Shown here in pieces: positions 9,451-21,470 of a stretch of 36,757 nucleotides of DNA. The notes under the pieces are model-generated. The model did no database searches, was not told where the DNA came from, and saw only the letters and a program-made list of their open reading frames with translations. This DNA is from an uncultured cyanobacterium. GTDB taxonomy: Bacteria; Cyanobacteriota; Cyanobacteriia; Cyanobacteriales; Microcystaceae. The stretch is taken from the NCBI GenBank assembly GCA_963807635.1, contig CAWEDJ010000060.1:1-36757 (forward strand). Reading direction: 5' to 3'. The translations under genes were made by a program, and so were the position numbers. Every line of letters starts with the position of its first letter. Position 1 is the first letter of the stretch.

Positions 9451-9492
9451 AATCTATGATTTGGATCACTTTTTACTGTGATCTAGATCACG
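9451..9492 (-). promoter_or_regulatory. CRP (SyCRP1-type) class II promoter of the pilin operon
   Basis: TGTGATCTAGATCACG at 9477-9492 (15/16 to the ideal TGTGATCTAGATCACA); weaker site TATGATTTGGATCACT at 9455-9470; -10 TAGATT (9456..9451) at about class II spacing. Confidence 0.8.
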
Positions 9493-10014
9493 ACAAAGAG
9501 TAAAAGCAAGAAAAATTGACAATTTTTGTAGAGATACAGGAGAAAACTCGTAGAGTTAGGGATTTAATTCTAGTAGTAACTTCAGTGTATTCTCTAGGAC
9601 ATCAACAGTTTTTAGTTGGATTAGTGATTTCGCTTGAATTTCAGATTGTTAATTCATTTGTCCTCATAAATTAGGTAACAGTAAGCGATCGCCGTTCGTG
9701 ATAGAACCAAAAGATGGAATCGGGTGAAACTCAGATTTTGTCCTACACCGTGAAGCCTACAAATTTTTTGTAAATTTTCTGTGAGTCACTGAATTTTTGC
9801 TGATGCTCTCTCAGACAAGCCATAAAATCTCTCAACCAGTGGGGCTAGTCAAGTTTGTAAAGGGCGATCGCCGTTCGATTAAATTTCCAAAATTCTTTGC
9901 CTATAAATAGTTTTCAGTGATTTTAAACCTGCAACATCTGGGTTATATTGGGTGAACGCCAATAAAAATTTCAGAACTTAAAAACTATAAAATATTTTGT
10001 CTTAAACAGTCAAT

Positions 10015-10977
10015 ATGTCCGTTTATTCCCTGATTATCCCTATTTATAACGAAGAAGAAAACATTGGCGAACTCTATCGCCGCGTTAGTTTGGTCATGGA
10101 TCGCCTAGACGAATCCGTAGAGCTAATTTTTATTAATGATGGCAGTCGAGATAATTCCCTCAATCTGATCCGAGAATTACAGGAAAAAGACGATCGCGTT
10201 TGTTACCTGAGTCTAGCTCGAAATTTTGGCCATCAAATTGCAGTTACCGCAGGCTTAAACTTTGCTAGGGGTCAAGCTGTGATTATCCTCGATGCGGATT
10301 TACAAGATCCCCCCGAACTAATTCCCGATCTATTAGAAAAATGGCGACAGGGCTACCAAGTCATCTACGCTCAACGCACTAAACGCAAAAAAGAAGGCTG
10401 GTTCAAACGTTTTACCGCCTATATTTTTTATCGACTGTTACAACAATTAGCCGATGTGAATATTCCCACCGACACAGGGGATTTTTGCCTAATGGACAGA
10501 CGAGTCGTCAATTTACTCAACTCCATGCCCGAACAAAATCGCTATATTCGGGGACTCCGCTCCTGGGTCGGATTTCGGCAAACCGCCATTCAATTTGAGC
10601 GAGATCCGCGTTTTGCAGGAGAAGTGAAATATACGTTTCGTAAATCTTTTACCTTGGCGATTAATAGCCTAGTCTCTTTTTCTAAGGTTCCCCTGCGTCT
10701 TTCCACTTATTTAGGCTTATTTTCTGCATTTTTAGCCGCTTTGATGGCTTTATTGGTTTTATATTGGCGTTTATATCAACCCCATTCTCCCCTAACAGGA
10801 TTTGCGGCGATTATGATTGCCATTTTATTTTTAGGTTCAGTCCAATTGGTCTGTATTGGAATTTTAGGAGAATATATCGGGCGAATTTATGAAGAGGTTA
10901 AAGGCCGACCGCTTTATACTTTGGCGGAAGTGAGTGGTTTCGAGTACATTCCGACAAAGGAAGATTTCCATGAATAA
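10015..10977 (+). CDS. GT2 polyprenol-phosphate glycosyltransferase (GtrB/YkcC-like)
   Basis: [44 protein letters not shown]; two C-terminal TM helices. Confidence 0.92.
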   Translation: MSVYSLIIPIYNEEENIGELYRRVSLVMDRLDESVELIFINDGSRDNSLNLIRELQEKDDRVCYLSLARNFGHQIAVTAGLNFARGQAVIILDADLQDPPELIPDLLEKWRQGYQVIYAQRTKRKKEGWFKRFTAYIFYRLLQQLADVNIPTDTGDFCLMDRRVVNLLNSMPEQNRYIRGLRSWVGFRQTAIQFERDPRFAGEVKYTFRKSFTLAINSLVSFSKVPLRLSTYLGLFSAFLAALMALLVLYWRLYQPHSPLTGFAAIMIAILFLGSVQLVCIGILGEYIGRIYEEVKGRPLYTLAEVSGFEYIPTKEDFHE

Positions 10978-11041
10978 TTTGCCTGGGTAGCTCGTTTTCC
11001 TCTATCTTCAAGCGTGGCCGTCTGAATGAGTGAAATACCGT

Positions 11042-14000
11042 TTAAAAACGTTGCTCATATTCCACAATACCGCGACTATCATCGGCAAAATTACTAGAAC
11101 CCCGAATTGTCGTATTTTCATTTAAACGATATCTTAACCCCCATTGAGGAGGGCGATCAGTATTAACAATCTTTTGGATAGAAACCGATAAATCATTACT
11201 CAAATCTACCCCAGCTTCGGCGGCAACCCCTAACTGATTGGAGGTCGTTCTTTCCTTGTCATTAATTAAAGGCGTGGGAAAAATGCGGAATTGACTTAAC
11301 CCCAATGCTTCCCCAATTTGTCCCTGAACTCCGCCTAAAACCGCCGATCCCGCTAAATTCGCCAGACCGATCGCGCTATCCTCTTGACCTAATGTATTCA
11401 CAAAACCCCCACCGAGGAGAGCTATAATTTCCCGTTGACTGCGACGAGGACTACTGCTTAATTGGATACTTTTAGTCAATTGACTAGCATAACCCTGTAC
11501 CAAAGCTTGAATTCGGATCATCTGCAAACTTTCACTATTCGCCGAAAAAGGTTCATTGATTTCTGAAGAGAGGGGGCTGGCATTCAGGCTATTACGGCTG
11601 GTTTCGGTGGCGGCACTGACCAAACGCAGGTTTAGGTAGGGATCAAGCCCGCGATGGGGGCTAAATTGGGCGATATTTTCATTTCCGCCTGCTAACCGTA
11701 ATTGACTGGCAAAAAGATTAATTTGCCCGCTTTTGAGGGAAATTGTTCCTTCAGGTAGTAATTGTCCTGTATTTCCATTGAGAGTAACCGTTCCCGTTGC
11801 CAAAAAATCCAGAACGGGCGATCTTTGGATGCGAATATCTTCACCCAGGTTTAAATTGAGTCCCTTAAATTCAGCCGTGTGATTGATTTCTCCTGTCTGT
11901 TCTAGGTTAGGCAGAGCTTCTCCAAGCAAGATTTTTCCCTTAAATAAATCCAGATTTCCGCCAATATCGGGTTCAACCACGCTCCCTGTGATCTGAATAT
12001 TGCCTTTGATCCCGCCCTGGTAGAGTTCCTTGAGTTTAAAGGCCGAATTTTCAAAGGTAATGGTTAAAGGATTTGCCTGGGCGATCGCCTTAAACAACGG
12101 TAATGATCCCGCGATCGCCACATTGCCACCGTCTAATTGACCCGTCCAGGAAACATCCAGTTGATTCAAATCCAGATGCAGATTGCCGTTAACTTGGGTG
12201 AGGGGAGCATCGGGCAGAATTTGGGCCGCGATCGTGGCATTTTCTAAACTGACATTGCCTTCTCCCTGAATTCCTCTCAAAATCTGGGTCTGGGGATCGA
12301 TGCGCCCAAAAACATCGAGTTGTACCAATCCCTTTCCGTTGATCCAACGAAGTTCTCCCTTAGTCGCCAGGGCAATCAGTCTCAATGCCTCATTTTTAGC
12401 CTTAAAACTGAGATTAAAGCGATCGCTGTCGGGTTGCACGGAGGCAAAGGGGAAAACGTAGGGAATCGATCCCTCTAAAATGAGCGGTTCAGTTTTCTGC
12501 TGAAGAATGCTATTAATCGCAAAATCAAAACGTCCCTCTTGATAGGCAAAATTTCCTGCGGTTGCCTGTAACTGGGTTTGATTGAGAGTCACATTCTCAA
12601 TTTGCAAATTCCCTTTTGCCTGGGGATTACTGCGATTTCCCGCTAAAGAAATAGTCGCATTCAGGGAACCATCTAAATCTAAGCCTTGGGGATTCGTTAT
12701 CAGGCTTGCTAGGGGTTTTAGGGGAATATTCGCTAGTTGTAATTCTCCAATTTGGCTTTTTTCTCCTACTTTTCCCGTCAATACAAACAAACTTTTTCCC
12801 GTCTGTAACCGTAACGGCTCTAAAGTCAGGATGCCATTTTGCCAATTGCCTTGTAATTGCAAGTTATCTATCTGTAAATTTGCCCATCGCCAATCTTTTC
12901 CTGTGAAATTAAAAGCCGTTTCGATTTTTCCGCCCATTTCTCCCTGAACCGCAATTTTTCCTGATAATTGACCCCGAAGACTGTCTAAATCGGGTAGCGG
13001 CGAATTTTCTGCCCGTTGTTGCCGTTGTTGCTTGAGTTGGGCATTGATTTCCGAGAGATAACTCAATTGTTTGTGAATAGATGACTGGGGTAAACCCGCT
13101 TCGCCAATGCCTGGGTGGGATTCATTTTGTCATAGAGATCGGCGGCTTTACTGTAAACAGGTAACTTTAAACCGCGTTTGAGGTCATCAAGACGGAAAAT
13201 TTGCAGGGTTTGCAGAATTTCTTCAATATTGCTTTCTGGTAGGCCAATTTCACCCTGAAAACGAGGGTTTTGACTATTAAAGCTCACTTTTCCTTGGAAG
13301 GGATAGTTCTGATTTTTGAGGGATAATTGGCTATTGCTGACCGTTAATACGCCCTGGCGATAGGCTAAACTCCCGAAAAGGCGATCGCCGCTCAGGGTTC
13401 CGTAACGGGGATTATCAATAACGACCTTTACCCCTAAAATACTGGAATCCGAGAGATTAATTCTGAAATTTCCCGATAAATCTCCTGTGAAGGGCATTAA
13501 CTGTTTAATAGAATCAGTATTAGCGGTAACTAGGGACGATTGGATCGCAACTTCTTTGACTAGAACCAGGGGAAACTGTTGAGCCGTGACAAATAATAGA
13601 TTTTGTTGGCGATCGCCCGTCACCTGTATCTCTTTTCGTTTGAAATTAAAAGAAACAGGCTTAAATTGCGGATCTAGGAACAGATTAAGCTGATCATTTT
13701 TTCCCAGTAATTCTAGGGTTAATCCTTTCGCGGCAGTTTTATCAATTTTTCCTTGTAAATAGGGATCAAAGGCGATCTGATTAATCGTTAAATCCTGTAG
13801 AGCTAAATTGCCTTGGATATCAGGATTTTTTAGGGAACCTCGTACTTTTCCGTCAAAATCAACTTTTCCTGTCTGGGTAATTTTTTGAGGTGAGACAGTC
13901 TGAAAAAGTCGCGCTAACGCCAGATTTTTAACCTTAACCTCTAAATCAACCGCCTGGATCAGGTTTACAGACAGATCAGAACGAAATAATGAATCTAAAG

Positions 14001-16254
14001 ACGCGATCGCCGATCCCCGTGCGATTAAATTCTTCGCTGTCACCTCTTCTAGGATTAATCGATTATCTTGCCACTGAAAACGGGTTGCGAGAGGGCGTTC
14101 CAACCCAGGTAAGCCTTGACTGAGCTTAATCTTTCCTTGAGCTTGTAGATTATGGGGTTGCCATTGTGCTAAATTTCCTTGAATTTTTATTTTTCCATCT
14201 AAATTTCCTCGTAAATTAGCATTAAACGAATTTAAAGCAACGGATTGGGGCGATAGAATTGCCTGGAAACCTTGAGAGTCAAAGGAAACTTGAGTCGCTC
14301 GGATTTGTCCCTGGGGTAAATGAACCGTTATTTGACCCTTACCCTGCAATTGATCGAGGGGCTTTTCGAGGGAACCCGTGAGCAGAGCCTGACCCGTTAG
14401 GTTAGAAGAAGCAAAACGCGGTACAATTCGGCGTAAATTCAGATTATCAGTGACTAAATGGGCTTGCCATTGTTTTTGGATTAAAGAAAATTGTTTTGCT
14501 CGAATTATTCCCCCCGCACTAGCTAGACTTGCTTGCCCTAAAATTTGCAACTGGTTGAGATCATGATTTTTTCCCTGAACGGTGAAATCTCCTGAGAGGG
14601 TTCCCTGACGAAATCGAGGTTGAACGGGCAAGGATAGGTGAGCCAAATTAACCCCTGAAACTTGCACTTTCCCTTGCCAATTTCCGCTTTGATAGGTTAA
14701 ATCCTGAGTTCTGACCGTGCCATTAGCAATGGGTATGGCTAAATTAGCGATCGCCTTAACGGATTGGGTTTGTCCCCATTGGCCTGAGATTTGGGACTGA
14801 CCCGAAACCGCAAACTTCGGTAAATTAGCCTGATAGTCGGGCGCGATCGCCTTAATCGGTAACTGGGAACCCTGTAGATCAAATTGAAAATCCTTGAGGG
14901 CAACTTTTCCTGTGGGCTGGACTTTTCCCGTAATGATTCCCTTTCCTGTCACACTCCCACCTTCCTTGGGAATAGCATTGATTTGAGAAACGACAATACT
15001 AGAATCATTCAGGATTAAATCGGTTTTAATGGACTTTAAATTAAATTTATCAACCTGAATCAGGCTTTTTCCTGAATTTTGAATCGATGCAGTGATCTGC
15101 GGATGGGATAGCACGCCCTGAATGCGAATCTTGGATGCAATGCTTCCGTTGAGGGTAATTTGGGGTTTGGGTAAGGCAAAGGTTTTAATAACTTGGGCGA
15201 TCGCGATCGGCTTGGTCGTAACGGTTAAATTATAATTTTTCTGAAAATCGACATAACCTCCTGTCTCGCTGGCAATCGCGCCTAAATCTGCCTTAATGCC
15301 ATCAAAACCGATCTTGGTTCCCTTAAAGCGCAGGATTCCCCCGATATTTCGTAACGGTTGGGGTAGAACGGCTAAACTTGTTGTTACGCCCCGCAGATTA
15401 GCAATTCCTTGCACACTCGTTAAACGTTGTTGACGGACTTGGATATCCAGATTGCTGTCTAGATTTCCCTGATTTAGGGCGATCGGTAGGGTCAATAAAT
15501 TATTAATGTCATTTATCGCCAAATTATGACCCTGTACAGATAAATTTGTGGCGATCGCGGCAGATCATGGGAACCCTTTAGTTTAAACTGACTCCCTTTT
15601 CCTAAATTTCCTTGGAGTTGAAAGCCGATCTGCTGGCCTTTGGTTTTGGGCCTGTATTTTCGCGTGATCCAGATAAACCGAGACGGGGTTTTTAAAGTTT
15701 CCTTGGGGGTTACGCGCTATTACGGTAAGTTGGGCTTTTTCCAGATTCAAACGGTCAAGCTGAATCGGATGGCTGGGGTCAATTTTATCAATAGGCGTGA
15801 GTAACCAATTTCCTGTTTTTCCCTGTTCTAGGTAAGCTTTCGGTTGAATGGCAGTAACATTGAGATTTAATTTGCGACTCAAAAGCCATTGCAGAGGGTT
15901 AAAAGAGATCTCCAGAGCTTCTAGGGATGCGCGATCGCGATCGTTGCTTGTCGGTAGAAATTCCGTCTGCCCGAAGCGAATATGATGGAGAGAAACCGCT
16001 TGGACAGCCCCTATTTTGACGGGACGATTAATAAGATCCCCCAATCTGTTTTCGACTAGGGGCGCGATTTGGGTCTGGACAAAATAATGTCCATAGGCGA
16101 TACTTCCTCCCAATAACAGCAATCCCACGCCGCCCATTCCCCAGAAAAAATTGCGTCGTCCTAACCAGAATTGGGATTTTGAAGAACAGGAATTTTCAGT
16201 CAAAACGGGATGATTCTTTGACGGTTGCTCAGATTTTTGGGGATCAATTAACAT
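11042..16254 (-). CDS. tamB: TamB/DUF490 translocation-assembly module protein (frameshifts ~15530-15620 and ~13065-13100)
   Basis: N-terminal TM anchor, long beta-rich repeats, and C-terminal GLDPYLN..LSSSPRRSQREIIALLGGG..GIVEYEQRF; three consecutive ORFs form one gene. Confidence 0.85.
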
Positions 16255-16568
16255 AATTGGTTTCTCCCACACCTCCGACGGTAGGGCGTGTGGCTCTAGC
16301 CGCGATTTTTAGGATTCGGATTTTGATTGTAGTCTGAATTAAAAATAAACGAGTGAGGAGGATTAATTCTGTAGACTACTGTATTCTAGTGGCTGGTTCC
16401 TGTTTGTGACCTATCCCAGGGACGCTTCCCTCTCTGGTTAGAGATTTGTTTCTTGGCAATTTTGATTCCTAAGATTCCTAATAGGTAGGAATTCTCATTA
16501 ACATCGGATAAACGCGATCGCCTTTAATTCTGTTTTTAATCCCTTAAAAATAGCCAATTAATTGATTA

Positions 16569-17708
16569 TTAACGATTAACGTCTTCAATTCGAGAAGTTT
16601 TAAAGCGATTCATCCAGCCTTCTAAATATACTCGATTGGCCTGTTGTTCTTGAGGATCTTTTGTTTCTAGAGGATGGGGAGCGAGTCCCTTAATAGCGGC
16701 TGTGGTAACGCAAAACATGGATTTCTGAAAAGTCTCACAAATTTTCACTAATAAATCGTCTTCCTGGCGATCGCCTTGACGATAGATTTTATGAAGATAT
16801 TCAGGGAGAAAATGGCGCATATCCTGCATTAATAAAGTCGGGGGAATGCCTGAGCCGCCAATGGGTAAGGGGTCGGCATACAACGCTCCGTAGGAGAAAA
16901 CGGCTTGATCGTAGGGAATTTGGCCAGCTTGAGCATTAAAGGAAACCGTTCCTGGAAAAGGTGTTCCCCGAAAGAAAACGGCTTCTACATAGGGAATCGC
17001 GGTATCGGCTAGAAAAGTTAGTCCTGCGGATTTAGGCAAAATGGGATAAAGGCGATCGCCGATTTTGACTTCGTAGGTAATGGGGTTAGCGGCATTGGCG
17101 ACTAAGGCATCTTGAATATGTTGAACAACCTGGGGAATCGTCTTAATTTTTCCTTGATCATAAAGGTCAGAAAGCGATAAAAACATATCGGCCATGACTC
17201 GCCAAAATTGACCTAAACCTGAATAATAGGCCATCATTCGCATTTGTTCAGGAAGAAATTCAGGAAAAATTTTATGGAGCGTTAAAATAAATAAGTTGCC
17301 TTTAATTTTTGCTTTAATAACCTGTTCAATATTTTTATAAAAATCATCACTATCTAAGTATTTATCCAGTCCACCGCCACCATGCCATAACATCGTTTTC
17401 ATACAATATTCTGCATATTCAAAATTAATGCGATCGTGCCATAGATGTTTGCCTAATTGTTTAAAAGAAACCTTACCATTAAAATATTTAAAAAATGGAA
17501 ATAGCACTAAAAATTGATTTTCCGCAATATAAATTAAGTTGCGGGAATAGTTGTCTAAAACGACACCATAACTCTTGAGAATGCCGACAACTTCGATGAC
17601 ATTTTCAGGAGAATCTTTGAGCAACGCTTCACCCGACTCCAGACGATGAATATAATCCGATAGGGAATGTTTTGAGGGTTCTAAAAGAGTAGTGGGCATG
17701 GCTAACAA
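16569..17708 (-). CDS. cupB: CO2 hydration protein CupB/ChpX
   Basis: HDRINFEYAEYCM..WHGGGG, YGALYADPLPIGGSGIPPTLLMQDM; 379 aa (CupB size, shorter than CupA); downstream of ndhD4. Confidence 0.92.
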   Translation of the reverse strand: MLAMPTTLLEPSKHSLSDYIHRLESGEALLKDSPENVIEVVGILKSYGVVLDNYSRNLIYIAENQFLVLFPFFKYFNGKVSFKQLGKHLWHDRINFEYAEYCMKTMLWHGGGGLDKYLDSDDFYKNIEQVIKAKIKGNLFILTLHKIFPEFLPEQMRMMAYYSGLGQFWRVMADMFLSLSDLYDQGKIKTIPQVVQHIQDALVANAANPITYEVKIGDRLYPILPKSAGLTFLADTAIPYVEAVFFRGTPFPGTVSFNAQAGQIPYDQAVFSYGALYADPLPIGGSGIPPTLLMQDMRHFLPEYLHKIYRQGDRQEDDLLVKICETFQKSMFCVTTAAIKGLAPHPLETKDPQEQQANRVYLEGWMNRFKTSRIEDVNR

Positions 17709-17752
17709 TACATTTATTTTACAAAAAAGTTTTTCACAATTACCCTAAAAAA

Positions 17753-19246
17753 TCAAGGCAGAGAGACAGGGGGTAAACTCGCCAAATCGGAGGAACCTGT
17801 TAACAAAATCCCTGCCTGGGGTTCACTCCAACGAGCTAACCATTGGGGCTGAATACCGAGAACAATAATTAAAATTGCTAACACAACGGCGGGAAGACGT
17901 TCTTTCCAGATAATACGGGGGAGGTTGGAAAGTTCGGGGGTGAGGCGACCAAAAAAGACGCGATTAATCATCAAGAGGAAATAAACAGCCGTTAAACCAC
18001 TCGCAACTAGACACAAAAGTGTTTGGACGGGAAAAATCGGAAAACTACCCCGAAATACTAAAAATTCTGCGACAAAACCGACTAAGCCAGGAATTCCTGC
18101 ACTCGCCATCACGCCTAAAATCATTAAGCTTCCTGTAATGGGATAGCCTCGTTGGGGCGTTAGTAAGCCGCGTAAATAGTTGACATCACGACTACCTGTT
18201 TTTTTATAGACAATTCCTACGAGTAAAAACAACATGGCGGAAATTAAGCCATGACTGAGCATTTGGCAACTGGCCGCGACGATACTAAGACGGGTGGTGG
18301 CGGCCGTCGCGAGCAATATATAGGCCATGTGAGAGATGGAGGAGTAGGCAACCACTTTTTTCATGTCTTTCTGGGCGATCGCGCACAAGGCTCCATACAA
18401 GGCACTAATGGCGGCTAAGGTGGCCAAATAGGGGGCAACAATAACCCAGGCATCTAGGAATAATCCAATGCCAAAACGGAGTAAGCCGTAGGTTCCTAAT
18501 TTTAATAAAACCCCTGCCAATAGGACAGAGACGGGGGTTGAGGCTTCAACGTGGGCATCGGGTAGCCAGGTGTGGAAGGGGAAAATGGGGATTTTAATCG
18601 CTAATCCGATTAAGAGGGGAATGAGTAACAATAATTGGCTACTGACGGGTAACAGTTGCGATCGCGTTGGGTCATAGTCAAAGGTGGTGGAATGGGTCAA
18701 CCACACCCAACCGAGAAAAGAAACTAAAACTAAAAATCCAGAAAGGGCGGTGTAAAGTAAAAACTTCATGGCCGCATAGCCCCTTCTTTCTCCTCCCCAG
18801 ATAGCAATGAGGAAATATAAAGGAATAATTTCCAACTCATAGCAGAGGAAAAACAATAATAAATCCTGAGCTAAAAATGCCCCTGCAACGCCACCACTTA
18901 ATAATAATAAGAGAGAGTAATAAAAGCGAGGGCGAAGTAAGTCTTTATTACTACTATAAATAGCAATTAACGTGAGCAAACTATTGAGGCATAACAAGGG
19001 AAAAGAGAGTCCATCAACAGCTAAATGATAATTTAAACCAATTCCTTTGATCCAAGGAATATATTCTACCAACTGCATCTCTGGATTCATGGCATCAAAT
19101 TGGAATCCGATCGCTACATTGAGGATTACAACGATAATTGCACTGATAAAAGCAATAGACTGCGATCGCGTTGCTACCCAATCACTAGGAAAAAAAGCAA
19201 TGATCACAGCAAAAATAATAGGAATCCAGACTAAGGCACTGAGCAT
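17753..19246 (-). CDS. ndhD4: NDH-1 subunit D4 (NuoM family)
   Basis: WGGERRGYAAMKFLLYT; PFHTWLPDAHVEASTP; LLKLGTYG; located between ndhF4 and cupB. Confidence 0.92.
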   Translation of the reverse strand: MLSALVWIPIIFAVIIAFFPSDWVATRSQSIAFISAIIVVILNVAIGFQFDAMNPEMQLVEYIPWIKGIGLNYHLAVDGLSFPLLCLNSLLTLIAIYSSNKDLLRPRFYYSLLLLLSGGVAGAFLAQDLLLFFLCYELEIIPLYFLIAIWGGERRGYAAMKFLLYTALSGFLVLVSFLGWVWLTHSTTFDYDPTRSQLLPVSSQLLLLIPLLIGLAIKIPIFPFHTWLPDAHVEASTPVSVLLAGVLLKLGTYGLLRFGIGLFLDAWVIVAPYLATLAAISALYGALCAIAQKDMKKVVAYSSISHMAYILLATAATTRLSIVAASCQMLSHGLISAMLFLLVGIVYKKTGSRDVNYLRGLLTPQRGYPITGSLMILGVMASAGIPGLVGFVAEFLVFRGSFPIFPVQTLLCLVASGLTAVYFLLMINRVFFGRLTPELSNLPRIIWKERLPAVVLAILIIVLGIQPQWLARWSEPQAGILLTGSSDLASLPPVSLP

Positions 19247-19339
19247 GGTAAAGATGGTAAAGGGTTTTTGTTAATAGTTTTTATTGATAAAAGATAGAGA
19301 ATTAGATTCTCCTTAATTCCCTGGGGAAGAGGCCTTGAA

Positions 19340-21241
19340 TTAAGCAGGAGCCATAAAAGATGACCAAAAATGACCAATGATTGACCATTGACCACTCAAT
19401 ATCAACCACATTAATAAACCGACTCCCACAACAATCGTTAATACATAAAATTGGGATTGACCCGATGTATTGTATTTCAGTGCGCTACCACTAAAAATCG
19501 TTGCCAGACTAACGAAATTGACAACTCCATCGATCACATAACGATCAAACCAAGCGGTTAAACGAGATAAACCCCCGATCGCAGCTACAACAGTATGGGC
19601 ATAGATTTCTTCTAAATAAAAGTCATAGGCAAACAAATCTTGGAAAAAACGCAGAGATAATTGGGTAGATCTCGCTAAAGCACGTCTTAATTCCATCAGG
19701 GAACCGATCGCACAGCCGCAGATCCCAGAGAGGATCAAGAGGGGAATTGACCAATGGACGATGAAAGTCTCTTGGTTCATGAGGGGATTATTAGGAGATA
19801 ACCACAGGGGCCAGCGCAGGGGAACCAAAGGAGCCAGCAGTGTGACGATGCTTAGGGTTACCATCGGGAAGGCCATTTGCCAAGGAGCTTCTGGGGTACG
19901 ACGGGTTTTACTTTGGGGTTTCCCTAAAAAGACGAGGCGAAATACCCGTGTGAGATTCAAGGCCAACAGGCCATTCACAAATAACAGTAAGATTAACAAT
20001 GGCCAGCCCACGTCCCAGGAACCATCTAACCAACGATAGAATGTCCAAAACATCCCCAAAGGAAGTAAACCGACTAAACCTGCCGATCCTGTCATAAAAG
20101 CAGTTGTAGTCGCGGGCATTCTCGACCATAGCCCCCCCATTTCCGTAATATCCTGATTACTGGTCGTCAAGATAATTGAACCAATACTCATAAACAGCAG
20201 GGCTTTGGCGATCGCGTGGGTAAAGAGAATCATGAAAGCAATGTCCACGTGTCCCAAGCCTACCGCCACGAAAACCAATCCTAAATAGGCACTGGTGGAA
20301 TGGGATAGGGTTCTTTTTATATCAATTTGGGCGATCGCAATAAAAGACGTAATAATTGCCGTCACCGTACCGATCACGATGAGCGTATTAGAAACCAACG
20401 GAGAAAGGGTAAAAATCGGTTGAAGCTTGATTAAAACGTAGGCTCCAGAGGAAACCACAATGGAATTTCGCATAATTCCCGCAGGATTGGGGCCTTCCAT
20501 CGCTTCGTCTAACCAAAGATTCAGGGGAAATTGGGCGCACTTACCGATCGGCCCCGCAATCAAAGATAATCCCAACAGTGTCGCCGTAACCGTTGGAATC
20601 GGTGATGCTTTCGCCCAGTCTTCCAATTGAGAAAAGGTCAAACCCTCGCCGTAACTCGATAGAGCCACTAAGCCCATTAACAAAATAATATCTCCGACCC
20701 GTTTCGTTAAAAAAGCATCCCTCGCCGCACTGACGACCAAGGGTTGGGCATACCAAAAACCCACCAACAGATAGGTAGAAAGCGTCAACATTTCCAGTAA
20801 CGCATAACTGAAAAATAAAGAGTCACTCAGGGCCAATCCACTTAATGCCGCTTCAAAAAAACCAATTAATCCATAAAAGCGACCAATTGACCAATCTTTC
20901 TCCATATAACCCAGGGCATAGATCTGGGCAAGTAAGCTGATTCCCGTGACGACTTCTAACGCCCCTAAACTGACGGGGGAAATTTCAATGGATAGGTCTA
21001 ACTCTAAATCCGCAACCTTTAACCAGTCGAGAACGAGGTGTTGGCTTTCTCCTTGCCACACGGCAAAAAAAGCAATAGAACCATGAATGACTGCCATGAC
21101 CGTCATCAATAAATTCAAGTAGACAGCAGGACGCGGCCCCGTTCGTCGAATCAGCCCTAATGTCCAAGGAAGCGTCACCAAGGAACCGATTAACCCATAA
21201 AAAGGAATAAACCAACTATTTTGTAGAAGAAAGTCAGTCAT
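19340..21241 (-). CDS. ndhF4: NDH-1 subunit F4 (NuoL family)
   Basis: RRTGPRPA; ARDAFLTKRVGD; KCAQFPLNLWLDEAMEGPNPA. Confidence 0.92.
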   Translation of the reverse strand: MTDFLLQNSWFIPFYGLIGSLVTLPWTLGLIRRTGPRPAVYLNLLMTVMAVIHGSIAFFAVWQGESQHLVLDWLKVADLELDLSIEISPVSLGALEVVTGISLLAQIYALGYMEKDWSIGRFYGLIGFFEAALSGLALSDSLFFSYALLEMLTLSTYLLVGFWYAQPLVVSAARDAFLTKRVGDIILLMGLVALSSYGEGLTFSQLEDWAKASPIPTVTATLLGLSLIAGPIGKCAQFPLNLWLDEAMEGPNPAGIMRNSIVVSSGAYVLIKLQPIFTLSPLVSNTLIVIGTVTAIITSFIAIAQIDIKRTLSHSTSAYLGLVFVAVGLGHVDIAFMILFTHAIAKALLFMSIGSIILTTSNQDITEMGGLWSRMPATTTAFMTGSAGLVGLLPLGMFWTFYRWLDGSWDVGWPLLILLLFVNGLLALNLTRVFRLVFLGKPQSKTRRTPEAPWQMAFPMVTLSIVTLLAPLVPLRWPLWLSPNNPLMNQETFIVHWSIPLLILSGICGCAIGSLMELRRALARSTQLSLRFFQDLFAYDFYLEEIYAHTVVAAIGGLSRLTAWFDRYVIDGVVNFVSLATIFSGSALKYNTSGQSQFYVLTIVVGVGLLMWLILSGQWSIIGHFWSSFMAPA

Positions 21242-21470
21242 TTATTAGTTATTTATTAAATATTTCGCTTGTTCTCTATTTCTACGCTACAGTAGCTTAA
21301 CCCTCTTGACAAGCCTTGTCGGCGTATGAACTTGAGGTTGGCTGTCAATAATTTAACAAGCTATTTTTCTACTTGATTTTACCGATCCTAATTTTTAGAA
21401 AGGCGATCGCCCCAAAATCCAAAGATAGAAAGATAACGCTAAAATAAAATTCCCTAACTGTCTAAATAAC

